Shown here: positions 1-8,707 of the stretch, piece after piece
How positions within the stretch are numbered: position 1 is the first letter of the stretch
Layout of the letters: the number at the start of each line of letters is the position of its first letter
DNA from: an uncultured Gammaproteobacteria bacterium
GTDB taxonomy: Bacteria; Pseudomonadota; Gammaproteobacteria; Magnimaribacterales; TMED112
Reading direction: 5' to 3'
Length of the DNA stretch: 64,000 bases
Assembly (NCBI GenBank): GCA_964575305.1
Contig: CAZNPG010000005.1
Span: forward strand, 505-64,504
Position numbers and translations under genes: made by a program
Notes under the pieces: model-generated
The model's database searches: none
The model's input: only the letters and a program-made list of their open reading frames with translations
Told to the model about the DNA's origin: nothing

Positions 1-1463
1 GATTCTAGTCCTGTAGCTATCATGTATGCTGCAATTATTGCCAGAGCTGCTAATGCAGCTGCACCGATAGCAAAGCCTTTTCCTATTGCTGCTGTCGTAT
101 TGCCAAGTTCATCTAAAGAGTCTGTAATTTCTCTAACTTCTGGTTTCATGCCGCTCATTTCTGCAATACCTCCAGCGTTATCAGCAACTGGTCCATACGC
201 ATCTATAGCCATAGTTATACCCACTGTGGCAAGCATACCTACTGCAGCTATACCTACGCCATACAGCCCTGTAAAGCTAGTAGAAAGACCAATAATACCT
301 GCTATTACAAATAGTGGCAGAACAACGGATTGCATCCCAACACTTAAGCCAGTAATCATTACTGTAGCTGGTCCAGTTTCACCGGACTTGGCAATTTTAC
401 CTACTGGAGAATCCTCAGTTTCACCACCTGTGTAGTATTCAGTTATAAGACCAATCATGATTCCACCGACTGCTCCTGTTAGAACTGAATAGAAAACTTC
501 AATTTCAATGTTAGGTGAATAGTAAATACTTAAACCTGCAAAGATTAAGAATATAATCGGTGAAAAGAATGTACCAAATCTTAAAGCTACAGCTGGTGAC
601 TTGGATACTTGTGTTCTAACAATAAGAATTCCTAGTAGAGAACAGAACAAGCCTGCTGCTGCTAGCCATAAAGGCAAGAACATTAGATCTGTATTTCCAT
701 AAGATGCGGCAATAGCCATTGATGCAATCATTGCGCCACAGTAAGACTCAAATATATCAGAGCCCATGCCAGCTATATCACCAACATTATCACCAACATT
801 GTCTGCAATAACACCTGGATTTCTTGGATCATCTTCAGGGATACCAGCTTCAATTTTTCCTACTAAATCTGCGCCTACATCAGCACTTTTAGTAAAGATG
901 CCACCACCAACTCTTGAGAACAGAGCTACTGCTGATGCACCGACACCAAAACCCTCTAATGATTTTGCTATTTTGTCTGGGTCATCTATAGCGCCACTAA
1001 AATATACATATAGGCCACCAAGACCGACTAAGCCCATTGAAGCAACACATAGACCCATTATTGATCCGCCAAAAAATGAAATAGATAGAGCTTGTTCTTG
1101 ACCAGAATTTTCTGCAGCCGTAGCTGTCCTTACATTTGCTTGGGTAGCCGAATACATACCAATAAAACCAGCAATTGCTGAAGATAAAGCACCAACTGCG
1201 ATTGCTGTTGCTGTATACCATCCCAATGGAGAAAGACCGCACGCTATCACAAGTGCAATAACTACTGGAGTAAGAATTTTATACTCAGTAATCATGAAGA
1301 CTTTCGCGCCAAGGTGAATCTGATCGCCTATTTTTACAACTGAACCTTTCCCTGCTGGATACTTCATAATCAATCCATACAGAACAAAAGCACAAACTAA
1401 TCCAATGATTCCTGTTGCAACTGGTCCCCAAGGAGTCATCGGTCCAATAATAAAATTTTCCAT
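1..1463 (-). CDS. hppA: Membrane-bound H+/Na+-translocating pyrophosphatase, N-terminal ~487 codons; the 3' end runs off the window
   Basis: Absent from the ORF track because there is no stop codon inside the window. My reverse-strand translation from the ATG at 1461-1463 reads [106 protein letters not shown], which contains classic M-PPase motifs. The + strand ORFs 22..435, 766..1101 and 1405..1716 are Ala/Pro-rich antisense shadows. Confidence 0.9.
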   Translation of the reverse strand, partial: MENFIIGPMTPWGPVATGIIGLVCAFVLYGLIMKYPAGKGSVVKIGDQIHLGAKVFMITEYKILTPVVIALVIACGLSPLGWYTATAIAVGALSSAIAGFIGMYSATQANVRTATAAENSGQEQALSISFFGGSIMGLCVASMGLVGLGGLYVYFSGAIDDPDKIAKSLEGFGVGASAVALFSRVGGGIFTKSADVGADLVGKIEAGIPEDDPRNPGVIADNVGDNVGDIAGMGSDIFESYCGAMIASMAIAASYGNTDLMFLPLWLAAAGLFCSLLGILIVRTQVSKSPAVALRFGTFFSPIIFLIFAGLSIYYSPNIEIEVFYSVLTGAVGGIMIGLITEYYTGGETEDSPVGKIAKSGETGPATVMITGLSVGMQSVVLPLFVIAGIIGLSTSFTGLYGVGIAAVGMLATVGITMAIDAYGPVADNAGGIAEMSGMKPEVREITDSLDELGNTTAAIGKGFAIGAAALAALAIIAAYMIATGLE

Positions 1464-1469
1464 ATTTAT

Positions 1470-2720
1470 CTACCCGTTATATATTTGTTCGTCTAATTCA
1501 TTTTCAGATTTAGCTACTATACATGACACAGCTGCATCTCCGCAAACATTTACAGCTGTTCTAATCATGTCCAAAATCCTATCGACAGCCAGTATTAAGC
1601 CTATTGCATCAAGAGGCAAACCTACTGAACCCAAGATCAATGCCAGAGTAACTGTGCCAGCAGATGGAACTGCTGCTGTACCTATAGATGTAATGATGGC
1701 AAGCATGACTATCTGAGCATATTGCACAAGACTTAAATCAACACCAACAGTGCTTGCTATAAACATTGTTGCCAAGCCCTGCATAATAGCTGTGCCATCC
1801 ATGTTAATTGTAGCTCCAACTGGCACAACGAAGGATGAGACATCTTTTTTTACACCCAAGTCATCGCTTACTGTTTTAAGTGTTACAGGTATCGTTGCTG
1901 CCGAAGAAGAAGTCGAAAAAGCAAATAATGCTACATTCCTCATCTTTCTAAAGAATATTAGAGGGTTTAAGTTAGCAAAAAGCTTTAAAAGCAATGAGTA
2001 GGTTACAGTTAAATGAAACAGCAGCACAAAGATTAATAGGACTACATACTGGACTAAATCACCAAAAATATTTAAACCCTTGGCCATAACGTAACTACCC
2101 ATCAAACAGAATACACCCACTGGCGCAAAGCTCATTATTAAAAGGACTATTTTTAAGAAGACGGTATTAAATCGTTCAAAGGCTTTTGACAAACCATCTG
2201 TTAATTCATCGGTAAGGTTTAATGCTATTCCAAATAGAATGCTTATAAAAACAATCCCTAACATATTGTTTTCAACAAATGCTCCAAACATATTGTTTGG
2301 AAAAATTCTGAGTACAGTGTTGTAAAGGCTGGCTTCACCTCCTGCTGGGGTGAAACTTTCTACCTGGCCTTCATAGCCTGAAAGGTTGAATGCCCATCCA
2401 AAGATTAATGCTGTGGAAACTGCTATACCAGTAGTGAACAGGTAAAGGCCTACAGTTTTGCTTGCAATCGAACCCAACTTAACCATGTTAGATAAAGATG
2501 AAATTCCAGAAACTAGTGAAAAGAAAACCAGTGGAACAACTACCAGCATTAATAGGTTTTTAAATATCTGTCCGCCTAAGTTAAAAACATACTTCTCTAC
2601 AAAATCAAATAGCATTGAAGAGTTCAGATGGTAATGAAAAATTGCAGCAATCAGCACACCTAGCGCCATGCCAATAAGTACATTTCTAGTTAAGTTTTTA
2701 GGTGCTGAAAGAATGCTCAT
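1470..2720 (-). CDS. Dicarboxylate/amino acid:cation symporter (DAACS / GltP-DctA family)
   Basis: 416 aa polytopic membrane protein. The C-terminal region has SSSAATIPVT..VGATINMDGTAI..IGTAAVPSAG..DRILDMIRTAVNVCGD, typical of the sodium:dicarboxylate symporter family. Confidence 0.85.
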   Translation of the reverse strand: MSILSAPKNLTRNVLIGMALGVLIAAIFHYHLNSSMLFDFVEKYVFNLGGQIFKNLLMLVVVPLVFFSLVSGISSLSNMVKLGSIASKTVGLYLFTTGIAVSTALIFGWAFNLSGYEGQVESFTPAGGEASLYNTVLRIFPNNMFGAFVENNMLGIVFISILFGIALNLTDELTDGLSKAFERFNTVFLKIVLLIMSFAPVGVFCLMGSYVMAKGLNIFGDLVQYVVLLIFVLLFHLTVTYSLLLKLFANLNPLIFFRKMRNVALFAFSTSSSAATIPVTLKTVSDDLGVKKDVSSFVVPVGATINMDGTAIMQGLATMFIASTVGVDLSLVQYAQIVMLAIITSIGTAAVPSAGTVTLALILGSVGLPLDAIGLILAVDRILDMIRTAVNVCGDAAVSCIVAKSENELDEQIYNG

Positions 2721-2887
2721 ATTTCCATCATATCAAAATCTTCTTTACCCACACCACATTCTGGACAAACCCAATCATCCGGGACATCTTCCCACCTTGT
2801 ACCAGGCTCTATTCCTTCTTCAGGATTTCCTTTTTCTTCGTCGTAGATCCAGCCACAGACGATACATTCCCATTTTTTATATTCCAT
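2717..2887 (-). CDS. Rubredoxin
   Basis: MEYKKWECIVCGWIYDEEKGNPEEGIEPGTRWEDVPDDWVCPECGVGKEDF has two CxxCG knuckles and the WxCPxCG signature. I chose the internal Met (ORF track starts at 2965), giving a normal ~56 aa rubredoxin. Its stop overlaps the downstream symporter start. Confidence 0.9.
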   Translation of the reverse strand: MEYKKWECIVCGWIYDEEKGNPEEGIEPGTRWEDVPDDWVCPECGVGKEDFDMMEI

Positions 2888-2935
2888 TTTTATGTCTTTC
2901 TTAACTGAAGTATTATAATCAATCCTCATTAAGAT

Positions 2936-3412
2936 ATGACACCGAAACAAGAAACAAATTGGCAACTATATAAATCTCAAGAAGATCTGGTAAATCCTCT
3001 TATGGCTAGCTGGGTTGAAGAAAACAACTCATTGATGAAAAGACTCAATGATGAAAAGCAAAAAATTGCTCTTAGAGTAGTCTTTGAAAAAATTTGTTTT
3101 ACCGATGAGCACGAACTGAATCTCACAAATGCAGAAGGCAATCTCCGAAGAATTTTTCTCACCGGGAGCTCTGATATTGTATTTGCCGAATCTTTTTTTA
3201 GTAATGATGTTATTGAGAAATTCAAAAAATTTGGAAGACTTGAAAATGAACCTCTAGGAAAGTTTTTATTCACAGATACCAATATCACGAAACATGAGAC
3301 ATATGTAGCATCCTACCTCATAGGTGACCAGAGCTTCCAAGGACGTAAGTGCATTTATGATTATGCCGGTTCAAAGTTCTCTGTGATAGAAGTATTCTTA
3401 TTTAATGACTAA
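2936..3412 (+). CDS. ubiC: Chorismate pyruvate-lyase
   Basis: Contains SLMKRL, RRIFLTG..VFAES, PLGKFLF and a C-terminal VIEVFL, mirroring E. coli UbiC blocks (SMTKRF, REILL..WLAGRT, PLGRYLF, LTELFL). It lies directly upstream of and overlaps ubiA, as in Gammaproteobacteria. Confidence 0.75.
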   Translation: MTPKQETNWQLYKSQEDLVNPLMASWVEENNSLMKRLNDEKQKIALRVVFEKICFTDEHELNLTNAEGNLRRIFLTGSSDIVFAESFFSNDVIEKFKKFGRLENEPLGKFLFTDTNITKHETYVASYLIGDQSFQGRKCIYDYAGSKFSVIEVFLFND

Positions 3413-4253
3413 ATTAAATGCCTATCTTGAACTCATAAGATTTTATAATCCGATTGGTTTCTGGTTGTTGCTTTGGCCTGGATTATGGGGCTTGTTCTTA
3501 TCGGATAATTTCAATATTTCGAATTTTACAATTGTGATCTTGGGCTCTTTTCTAACCAGATCTTTAGGTTGTGCCATAAATGATCTGAGTGATATGAAAT
3601 TCGATAAAAACGTTGAAAGGACAAAAGATAGACCGCTTGCGAATAATAGCCTATCCGTTATTGAGGCATTACTGTTTATCATTCTTCTAAGTGCTTGTAG
3701 CTTACTTCTTTTATCACTTACCAATATTTTCACTATTAAATTAGTTGGCTTAATAGCAGTGCCAATGATCATTATTTATCCATTAATGAAAAGGTTTATT
3801 GCTGTGCCTCAAATATTCTTAGGAGCTACATTTGGTTTATCTTTGCCTATCTCTTATTCAATTGCTGAAGGCACAATTAGCCTCGAAGTATTGTTTTTAT
3901 ATTTTGGTTGTGTGTTTTGGATCATTGCTTATGACACTTATTATGCTTTGTGTGATTTAGATGATGATAGAAAATTAAAACTTAATTCTGCTGCAATATT
4001 CTTTGGTGATGACGCTCGAAAAGCAGTAATAGTTTTTTCTTCTCTCTTTGTTTTGAGTATTCTCGTCCTCGCCTATAAAAATATCTCAAGCATTATTGCA
4101 GTTGGAGTTTTATTCCTTTTATATCAAATTTATTTTCAGGACCAGCTATCAAAATCAAATAAAAACCTAGAAGCTTTTAAAGCAAACAGCCAAATTGGTT
4201 TAGTGGTCGCAGTTTTATTATTTATTGAGAAGCAAAGTGAGTTTTTTAGTTGA
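3405..4253 (+). CDS. ubiA: 4-hydroxybenzoate polyprenyltransferase
   Basis: 282 aa polytopic protein with the UbiA prenyltransferase motif NDLSDMKFDKNVERTKDRPLA and a second Asp-rich block YALCDLDDD. Confidence 0.9.
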   Translation: MTKLNAYLELIRFYNPIGFWLLLWPGLWGLFLSDNFNISNFTIVILGSFLTRSLGCAINDLSDMKFDKNVERTKDRPLANNSLSVIEALLFIILLSACSLLLLSLTNIFTIKLVGLIAVPMIIIYPLMKRFIAVPQIFLGATFGLSLPISYSIAEGTISLEVLFLYFGCVFWIIAYDTYYALCDLDDDRKLKLNSAAIFFGDDARKAVIVFSSLFVLSILVLAYKNISSIIAVGVLFLLYQIYFQDQLSKSNKNLEAFKANSQIGLVVAVLLFIEKQSEFFS

Positions 4254-5325
4254 AGATAATCTAAATAAATCAAAGAAAACTTTTTCTAAACATCATTCTG
4301 GTGATCCCTTCTCATCTTTTAATTTTTTAAATGCTCTGCAAGAAACAAATTGCCTAGATGCAGATTCTGGCTGGATAGCTAAATGTTTGAATCATAAAAA
4401 TGGTACCGCTATACCTTTTTTTGAAAAGCTGAATAGCCAAGGGGAGTTTGTATTTGATTATGCTTGGGCTAATACCTTTCATCAGTATGGTCAGGCATAT
4501 TATCCAAAGCTTGTGATGAGTGTTCCTTTTACTCCTGTTGATGGTAAAAGAATTATTGGGCCGAATGATGCATCAAGATCAGAAGCTTTATCAAGCCTTA
4601 TAAATCATACAGAACAAAGCGAATATTCATCTCTTCATGCCCTTTTTGTTGAAGAGTCACAAAAAGATATCTTTAGAGATCTGAATTTTATAGAAAGATT
4701 AGACTGTAATTATAAATGGCAGAATAAGTCTTATCGTTCTTTCGATGACTTCCTTGATCAGCTAACTTCAAGACACAGAAAAAATATGAAAAAGGAAAGA
4801 GATTATATAAATAAACTCAATATAGAATTTGAACACATCGAAGATATTAAAGAACAAGATTGGAAGGATTTTTATTTATTTTATTCAATAACTTATGCGG
4901 TGCGAGGACAAAGGCCTTATCTTACATCTGCTTTTTTTCAAAGCATTACCGAACTAAATCCAATTTTGGTTTTTGCTCATAAAAATGGCCAAAGAATTGC
5001 TGCAGCGCTTTTTTTTCAATATGAAAATAAGCTTTATGGTAGATACTGGGGAACTAGAGAACCAATAAATTACCTTCACTTTGAATGCTGCTATTATCAA
5101 GGGATTGAGATGGCAATAAAAATGAATTGCACAGAATTTGATCCAGGAATTCAAGGCCACCATAAACTTAAAAGAGGATTTGAGCCCAATATTAACTCTT
5201 CTTTTCACTGGATAGTCGATGAACGTTTTAGAGAAGCAATTAGAAATTATTGCGCAACAGAATCAAAACAAATTATGCAATATTTCGAGCAATCAAAAGA
5301 ATATTTACCGTTTAAGAATGTCTGA
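4225..5325 (+). CDS. FemAB-like/GNAT-fold protein of the DUF482 family (function unknown)
   Basis: PFSSFNFLNALQETNC..GWIAKCL and a C-terminal HFECCYYQGIE..FDPGIQGHHKLKRGFEP resemble the DUF482 (PF04339) family. The track start is a TTG that overlaps the ubiA end, so the true start is uncertain (a GTG at 4237 is possible). Confidence 0.6.
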   Translation: MRSKVSFLVEDNLNKSKKTFSKHHSGDPFSSFNFLNALQETNCLDADSGWIAKCLNHKNGTAIPFFEKLNSQGEFVFDYAWANTFHQYGQAYYPKLVMSVPFTPVDGKRIIGPNDASRSEALSSLINHTEQSEYSSLHALFVEESQKDIFRDLNFIERLDCNYKWQNKSYRSFDDFLDQLTSRHRKNMKKERDYINKLNIEFEHIEDIKEQDWKDFYLFYSITYAVRGQRPYLTSAFFQSITELNPILVFAHKNGQRIAAALFFQYENKLYGRYWGTREPINYLHFECCYYQGIEMAIKMNCTEFDPGIQGHHKLKRGFEPNINSSFHWIVDERFREAIRNYCATESKQIMQYFEQSKEYLPFKNV

Positions 5326-5728
5326 ATATAAAAAAACTAACCATCACCTTGCTGTTTGCTCTGCTAATTACCTAAGAATAAAAAAACTATTGGCTGCTTT
5401 TTCGAAAAACTCTCTTAAGTTAAGAAATAATGATGAAAAAAAATATTTTAGAGCAGAATTAAACTACTCTGCTGTGTCAAAACATACAGCAGATCTTAGT
5501 CTTCATTTTTCTAACTTAGAATCTAAACTTTTACATACATTTTATTTTGATTGCAATATTTACCATGATGTTGAGCTGATAGAGGTGTCAGCTTTTAATG
5601 GTTATGCACCTAATAAGTTTCCATTTCAATTTGAAAAATATCCGAAATCATCTGATGAAAAATCCCAGCAAAACAGATTTTTTACTGAAGTTCTTGATAT
5701 GATTCTCACAGGCGATTTTTATGAGTAA
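5318..5728 (+). CDS. DUF1249 (YqiB-like) protein
   Basis: I chose the start at the internal Met (MSEYKKTNHH), which overlaps the previous stop by 8 nt. Its position immediately upstream of a yqiA-type esterase reproduces the E. coli yqiB-(cpdA)-yqiA neighbourhood. The call rests mainly on synteny and size. Confidence 0.5.
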   Translation: MSEYKKTNHHLAVCSANYLRIKKLLAAFSKNSLKLRNNDEKKYFRAELNYSAVSKHTADLSLHFSNLESKLLHTFYFDCNIYHDVELIEVSAFNGYAPNKFPFQFEKYPKSSDEKSQQNRFFTEVLDMILTGDFYE

Positions 5729-6296
5729 GAAGAACTTAATAGTTTATGTACATGGGTGGAACTCCCATGCTAATGCAAGAAAAGCACAATTGCTTCAAAA
5801 CGAACTTGATAATCATGAGCTCTTTTCGTGCACGTCATTAACTCTTAAGAATCATCCTAGAGAAGCTATTGAACAATTGAAGGAATTTATAGAATCTAAA
5901 CAATCTGAATTTGTTGTTCACCTTATTGGTAGTTCTCTGGGAGGCTACTATTCAACCTATGTAGCAGAGGAAATGAATCTCAAAGCTGCAATGATTAACC
6001 CTGCGGTCTGGGCATATAAGATTTTTGAGAATGATAGAGGAGAAAACGTTAATCCAAATACGGGCGAAGAATACTTTATAGATCAATTATGGATAGATAG
6101 TCTAGAAGACATATTCATTGAAAACCCAACTCCTGAAAGATATCTAGTATTACTTCAAACAGGCGATGAAACCCTCAACTATAAATATGCTGAAAAATAT
6201 TTTCATGGAGCAAACATAGTTATAGATGAGGGTGGAAATCATAGCTTTGAAAATCTAGAAATTAAAATTCCACAGATTCTTTTACATTTTTCTTAG
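5721..6296 (+). CDS. yqiA: YqiA-family alpha/beta esterase (UPF0227)
   Basis: N-terminal IVYVHGWNS and the nucleophile elbow GSSLGGYY; ~190 aa, as for YqiA. Confidence 0.7.
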   Translation: MSKKNLIVYVHGWNSHANARKAQLLQNELDNHELFSCTSLTLKNHPREAIEQLKEFIESKQSEFVVHLIGSSLGGYYSTYVAEEMNLKAAMINPAVWAYKIFENDRGENVNPNTGEEYFIDQLWIDSLEDIFIENPTPERYLVLLQTGDETLNYKYAEKYFHGANIVIDEGGNHSFENLEIKIPQILLHFS

Positions 6297-6407
6297 TTTT
6301 TTTTGAATCTAATTGCCAATCCTTTTTAAAAATACTACATTAGAACTGCATTGCATTTGCACCATACTCCATGGTTAAAAAGGAGTCCTTTTAGGATATT
6401 AGTTAAA

Positions 6408-6470
6408 ATCGTTCATCTTTATGTACATAAAGACGGAAGTAGACGAAAGTTGAAGGAACGCGACCGTTAA
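6408..6470 (+). promoter_or_regulatory. Glutamine riboswitch aptamer (glnA RNA motif), copy 1
   Basis: AUCGUUCAUCUUUAUGUACAUAAAGACGGAAGUAGACGAAAGUUGAAGGAACGCGACCGUUAA. The closing helix is CGUUC/GAACG and the internal stem is AUCUUUAUG/CAUAAAGA. The blocks ACGGAAGUAG and GAAGGAACGC are conserved, and there is a small GAAA-capped hairpin. Confidence 0.8.
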
Positions 6471-6483
6471 TCGGATAACGTAA

Positions 6484-6540
6484 ATCGTTCATCTTCGTAT
6501 GAAGACGGAAGTAGGTGAAAGCTGAAGGAACGCGACCGTT
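6484..6540 (+). promoter_or_regulatory. Glutamine riboswitch aptamer (glnA RNA motif), copy 2
   Basis: AUCGUUCAUCUUCGUAUGAAGACGGAAGUAGGUGAAAGCUGAAGGAACGCGACCGUU has the same conserved blocks as copy 1. The stems differ in a pairing-preserving way (AUCUUC/GAAGA; GU-GAAA-GC versus AC-GAAA-GU). It ends 81 nt upstream of the glutamine synthetase start. Confidence 0.8.
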
Positions 6541-6620
6541 AAACCCAGTCGAGTTTAACTTCTATAGTGCTGCAATATAAATGCAAATATATTTTTTTAT
6601 TTTTCTATAGGAGAAAAGAT

Positions 6621-7631
6621 ATGAGTGATATGAAAACGTATGAATACGTCTGGTTAGACGGTTTTAAGCCTGAGCCTTCTCTCAGGAGCAAAGTAAAAGC
6701 AACAGACCTAAGAGGTACTGATAAAAGTGAGGCAAACGATAGCATGCCACCAAAATGGTCTTTTGATGGGTCCTCTACACAACAAGCAGAGGGTGGTAGT
6801 TCAGATTGTCTTTTGATACCAGTTCAAGTATATGAAAACCCTACGAACCCAGATCATTTAGTGATGTGTGAAGTCTTGGCTGCTGATAGTTCTGTTCACC
6901 CATCTAACTCTAGAGCTGCTGCAGCTAAAGTAGCTACAGATGAGTGGTGGTTTGGTTTTGAGCAGGAGTACTTTTTTACTAATCCCGATGGCTCTCCGCT
7001 TGGATGGGAAGATGGTGAACCAAGACCTCAAGGTGATTACTACTGTGGTGTTGGTGCAGATAACGTAGCAGGACGTGAAATATCAGAAATGCATCTGCAA
7101 GCATGTCTTGATGCAGGCATAAATCTCACAGGAACAAATGCAGAAGTAGCTTTAGGCCAATGGGAATATCAATGTTTTGGCAAAGGAATAAAGGCTGGTG
7201 ATGATCTCTGGATGAGTAGGTACTTATTGTACAAAATAGCTGAAGAATATGGCGTTGGCGTAAACATCCACCCAAAACCAAAAAAGGGCGATTGGAATGG
7301 CTCAGGAATGCATGCAAATTTCTCTAATGAAGAAATGAGAACTGCTGGTTCTAAAGAACTTTTCCATGCAATGTGCGATAAATTAGGTGAGGTTCATGAA
7401 GAAGGTATCGCATCGTATGGTTCAGACAATGACCAAAGATTAACAGGCTTGCATGAGACTCAAAAGATTACTGAGTTTTCATATGGTGTTAGTGACAGAG
7501 GAGCTAGTATCAGGATACCTGTGTATACAGTTGAGCATGACTGGAATGGTTATTTAGAAGATAGAAGGCCAGCATCTAATGCAGATCCTTATAAAATTAT
7601 TGCCCACATTGTAGGCACATTAACTAAATAG
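6621..7631 (+). CDS. glnII: Glutamine synthetase type II (eukaryote-like GSII)
   Basis: MSDMKTYEYVWLDG..WSFDGSSTQQAEGGSSDCLL..WWFGFEQEYFF..NAEVALGQWEYQ..HPKP..GDWNGSGMHANFS..RLTG.HET..F..GVSDRGASIRIP; ~336 aa. I chose the start at the ATG at 6621, which is preceded by TAGGAGAAAAGAT. The track's GTG at 6567 would add an implausible leader. Confidence 0.9.
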   Translation: MSDMKTYEYVWLDGFKPEPSLRSKVKATDLRGTDKSEANDSMPPKWSFDGSSTQQAEGGSSDCLLIPVQVYENPTNPDHLVMCEVLAADSSVHPSNSRAAAAKVATDEWWFGFEQEYFFTNPDGSPLGWEDGEPRPQGDYYCGVGADNVAGREISEMHLQACLDAGINLTGTNAEVALGQWEYQCFGKGIKAGDDLWMSRYLLYKIAEEYGVGVNIHPKPKKGDWNGSGMHANFSNEEMRTAGSKELFHAMCDKLGEVHEEGIASYGSDNDQRLTGLHETQKITEFSYGVSDRGASIRIPVYTVEHDWNGYLEDRRPASNADPYKIIAHIVGTLTK

Positions 7632-7638
7632 CTTATTT

Positions 7639-7665
7639 AGCCTCTCACTTAACTAGTGGGAGGCT
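7639..7665 (+). terminator. Hairpin downstream of glnII (candidate intrinsic terminator)
   Basis: AGCCUCUCAC-UUAACUA-GUGGGAGGCU (10 bp including one G-U), followed by UUCUUCUU. It overlaps the 3' coding end of the convergent yibN-like gene. Confidence 0.45.
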
Positions 7666-8049
7666 TTCTTCTTGCCAAGATATAAGACCGTCCTTTAACA
7701 GATAAACTTCCTCTATTCCCAGCTTTAAAAGTTCTACTCCAGCACCTCCAGCATCTAAACCATTTTCTGTAATTACTACAACTGCTTTTCCTTTATTTAA
7801 GAGATGTTCCTGTTTTCCAAAAGAGTCTTTTTGAACGTTAATTGAGCCGTGAATATGACCAGATTCAAAAGAGTCTTTTTGCCTTATATCGACAAAAATT
7901 GCATCATTCTTGTTGATCAGGTCTACAGCTTGGGAAGGAGTTATTCTTTTTCCGCCTTTACTTGTCTCATACATGTACCAAAAAACAAAGGTAATTAACA
8001 ACGGTACAGATAAGTACCACCTAGAAATTAAAAAATCGAAGAAATCCAT
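7645..8049 (-). CDS. yibN: YibN-like inner-membrane rhodanese-domain protein (no active-site Cys)
   Basis: N-terminal TM helix plus a rhodanese fold ([51 protein letters not shown]). It is collinear with E. coli YibN, including the C-terminal LPLV. The catalytic loop position carries Thr, not Cys. Confidence 0.7.
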   Translation of the reverse strand: MDFFDFLISRWYLSVPLLITFVFWYMYETSKGGKRITPSQAVDLINKNDAIFVDIRQKDSFESGHIHGSINVQKDSFGKQEHLLNKGKAVVVITENGLDAGGAGVELLKLGIEEVYLLKDGLISWQEESLPLVK

Positions 8050-8101
8050 ATCAAAAAATTGTTTTAAGCTTATACAATATAAAGATTATTTAAAAGAAAA
8101 A

Positions 8102-8707
8102 ATGAATTCAAATTATTTAGTTTTAGTTAGGCATGGTCAAAGTGAGTGGAATGAAAAAAACTTGTTCACTGGCTGGCGAGATCCTGGTCTAACACAAAGA
8201 GGAATCGAAGAAGCTCATAAGGCTGGAATTTTACTTAGAGATAAGGGTCTGATTTTTGACTTAATGTTCACTTCTGAGCTTCAAAGAGCTCAATTAACCG
8301 GTCAAATAATGTTGGATGAAATGGGTTGCTCAAATTTACAAACAACTATAGATCAGAAGTTAAATGAAAGAGCATATGGTGATCTTACTGGTATGAATAA
8401 AGATGAGGCAAGAGCAAAATTTGGTGCAGAACAAATTCATATATGGCGTAGATCATATGATACTCCTCCTCCTGGAGGTGAAAGTCTTAAAGATACTTAT
8501 GATCGAGCTGTCCCATACTTTAAAGAAGCTATTATTCCTGAACTAGAAGTTTCAAAAAATGTTTTAGTAGCAGCTCACGGCAATTCTTTGAGAGCTATAG
8601 TGAAATACTTAGAGGATATTTCTGAAAAAGATATTGTGAAGCTTGAAATAGCAACAGGGGATCCAATAATTTACTCGTATTCTGATGGAAGCTACACAAG
8701 AATTTAA
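8102..8707 (+). CDS. gpmA: 2,3-bisphosphoglycerate-dependent phosphoglycerate mutase (short form)
   Basis: [22 protein letters not shown] (RHGxxxWN motif), ERAYGDLTG and [10 protein letters not shown] chose the start at the internal ATG at 8102, because the track start at 7910 overlaps yibN. Confidence 0.9.
   Translation: MNSNYLVLVRHGQSEWNEKNLFTGWRDPGLTQRGIEEAHKAGILLRDKGLIFDLMFTSELQRAQLTGQIMLDEMGCSNLQTTIDQKLNERAYGDLTGMNKDEARAKFGAEQIHIWRRSYDTPPPGGESLKDTYDRAVPYFKEAIIPELEVSKNVLVAAHGNSLRAIVKYLEDISEKDIVKLEIATGDPIIYSYSDGSYTRI

Noticed and set aside
22-2001. Track ORFs 22..435, 766..1101, 997..1242, 1405..1716 and 1750..2001
   Set aside because: They lie antisense or out of frame to the clearly real pyrophosphatase (1..1463, minus) and symporter (1470..2720, minus). 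Their low-complexity Ala/Pro/Ser/Ile composition is typical of shadow ORFs opposite membrane-protein genes.
2668-2908. ORFs 2668..2904 and 2702..2908 (+), and the long 2965 start for rubredoxin
   Set aside because: They overlap the rubredoxin gene on the opposite strand and have no recognisable motifs. The 26 extra N-terminal residues of the 2965 start are not rubredoxin-like.
6346-6363. Possible sigma54 (-24/-12) promoter CTGCATTGCATTTGCACC upstream of the riboswitches
   Set aside because: It has TTGCA-like elements but lacks the GG of the -24 TGGCAC element at the right spacing. I saw no NtcA-type GTA-N8-TAC site either.
6581-6610. 9-codon uORF (MQIYFFIFL) whose TAG stop overlaps the glnII Shine-Dalgarno TAGGAG
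   Set aside because: It is an intriguing position for translational coupling, but the stretch is almost pure A/T, so short ORFs are expected by chance, and it has no SD of its own. It is worth revisiting only if conserved in relatives.
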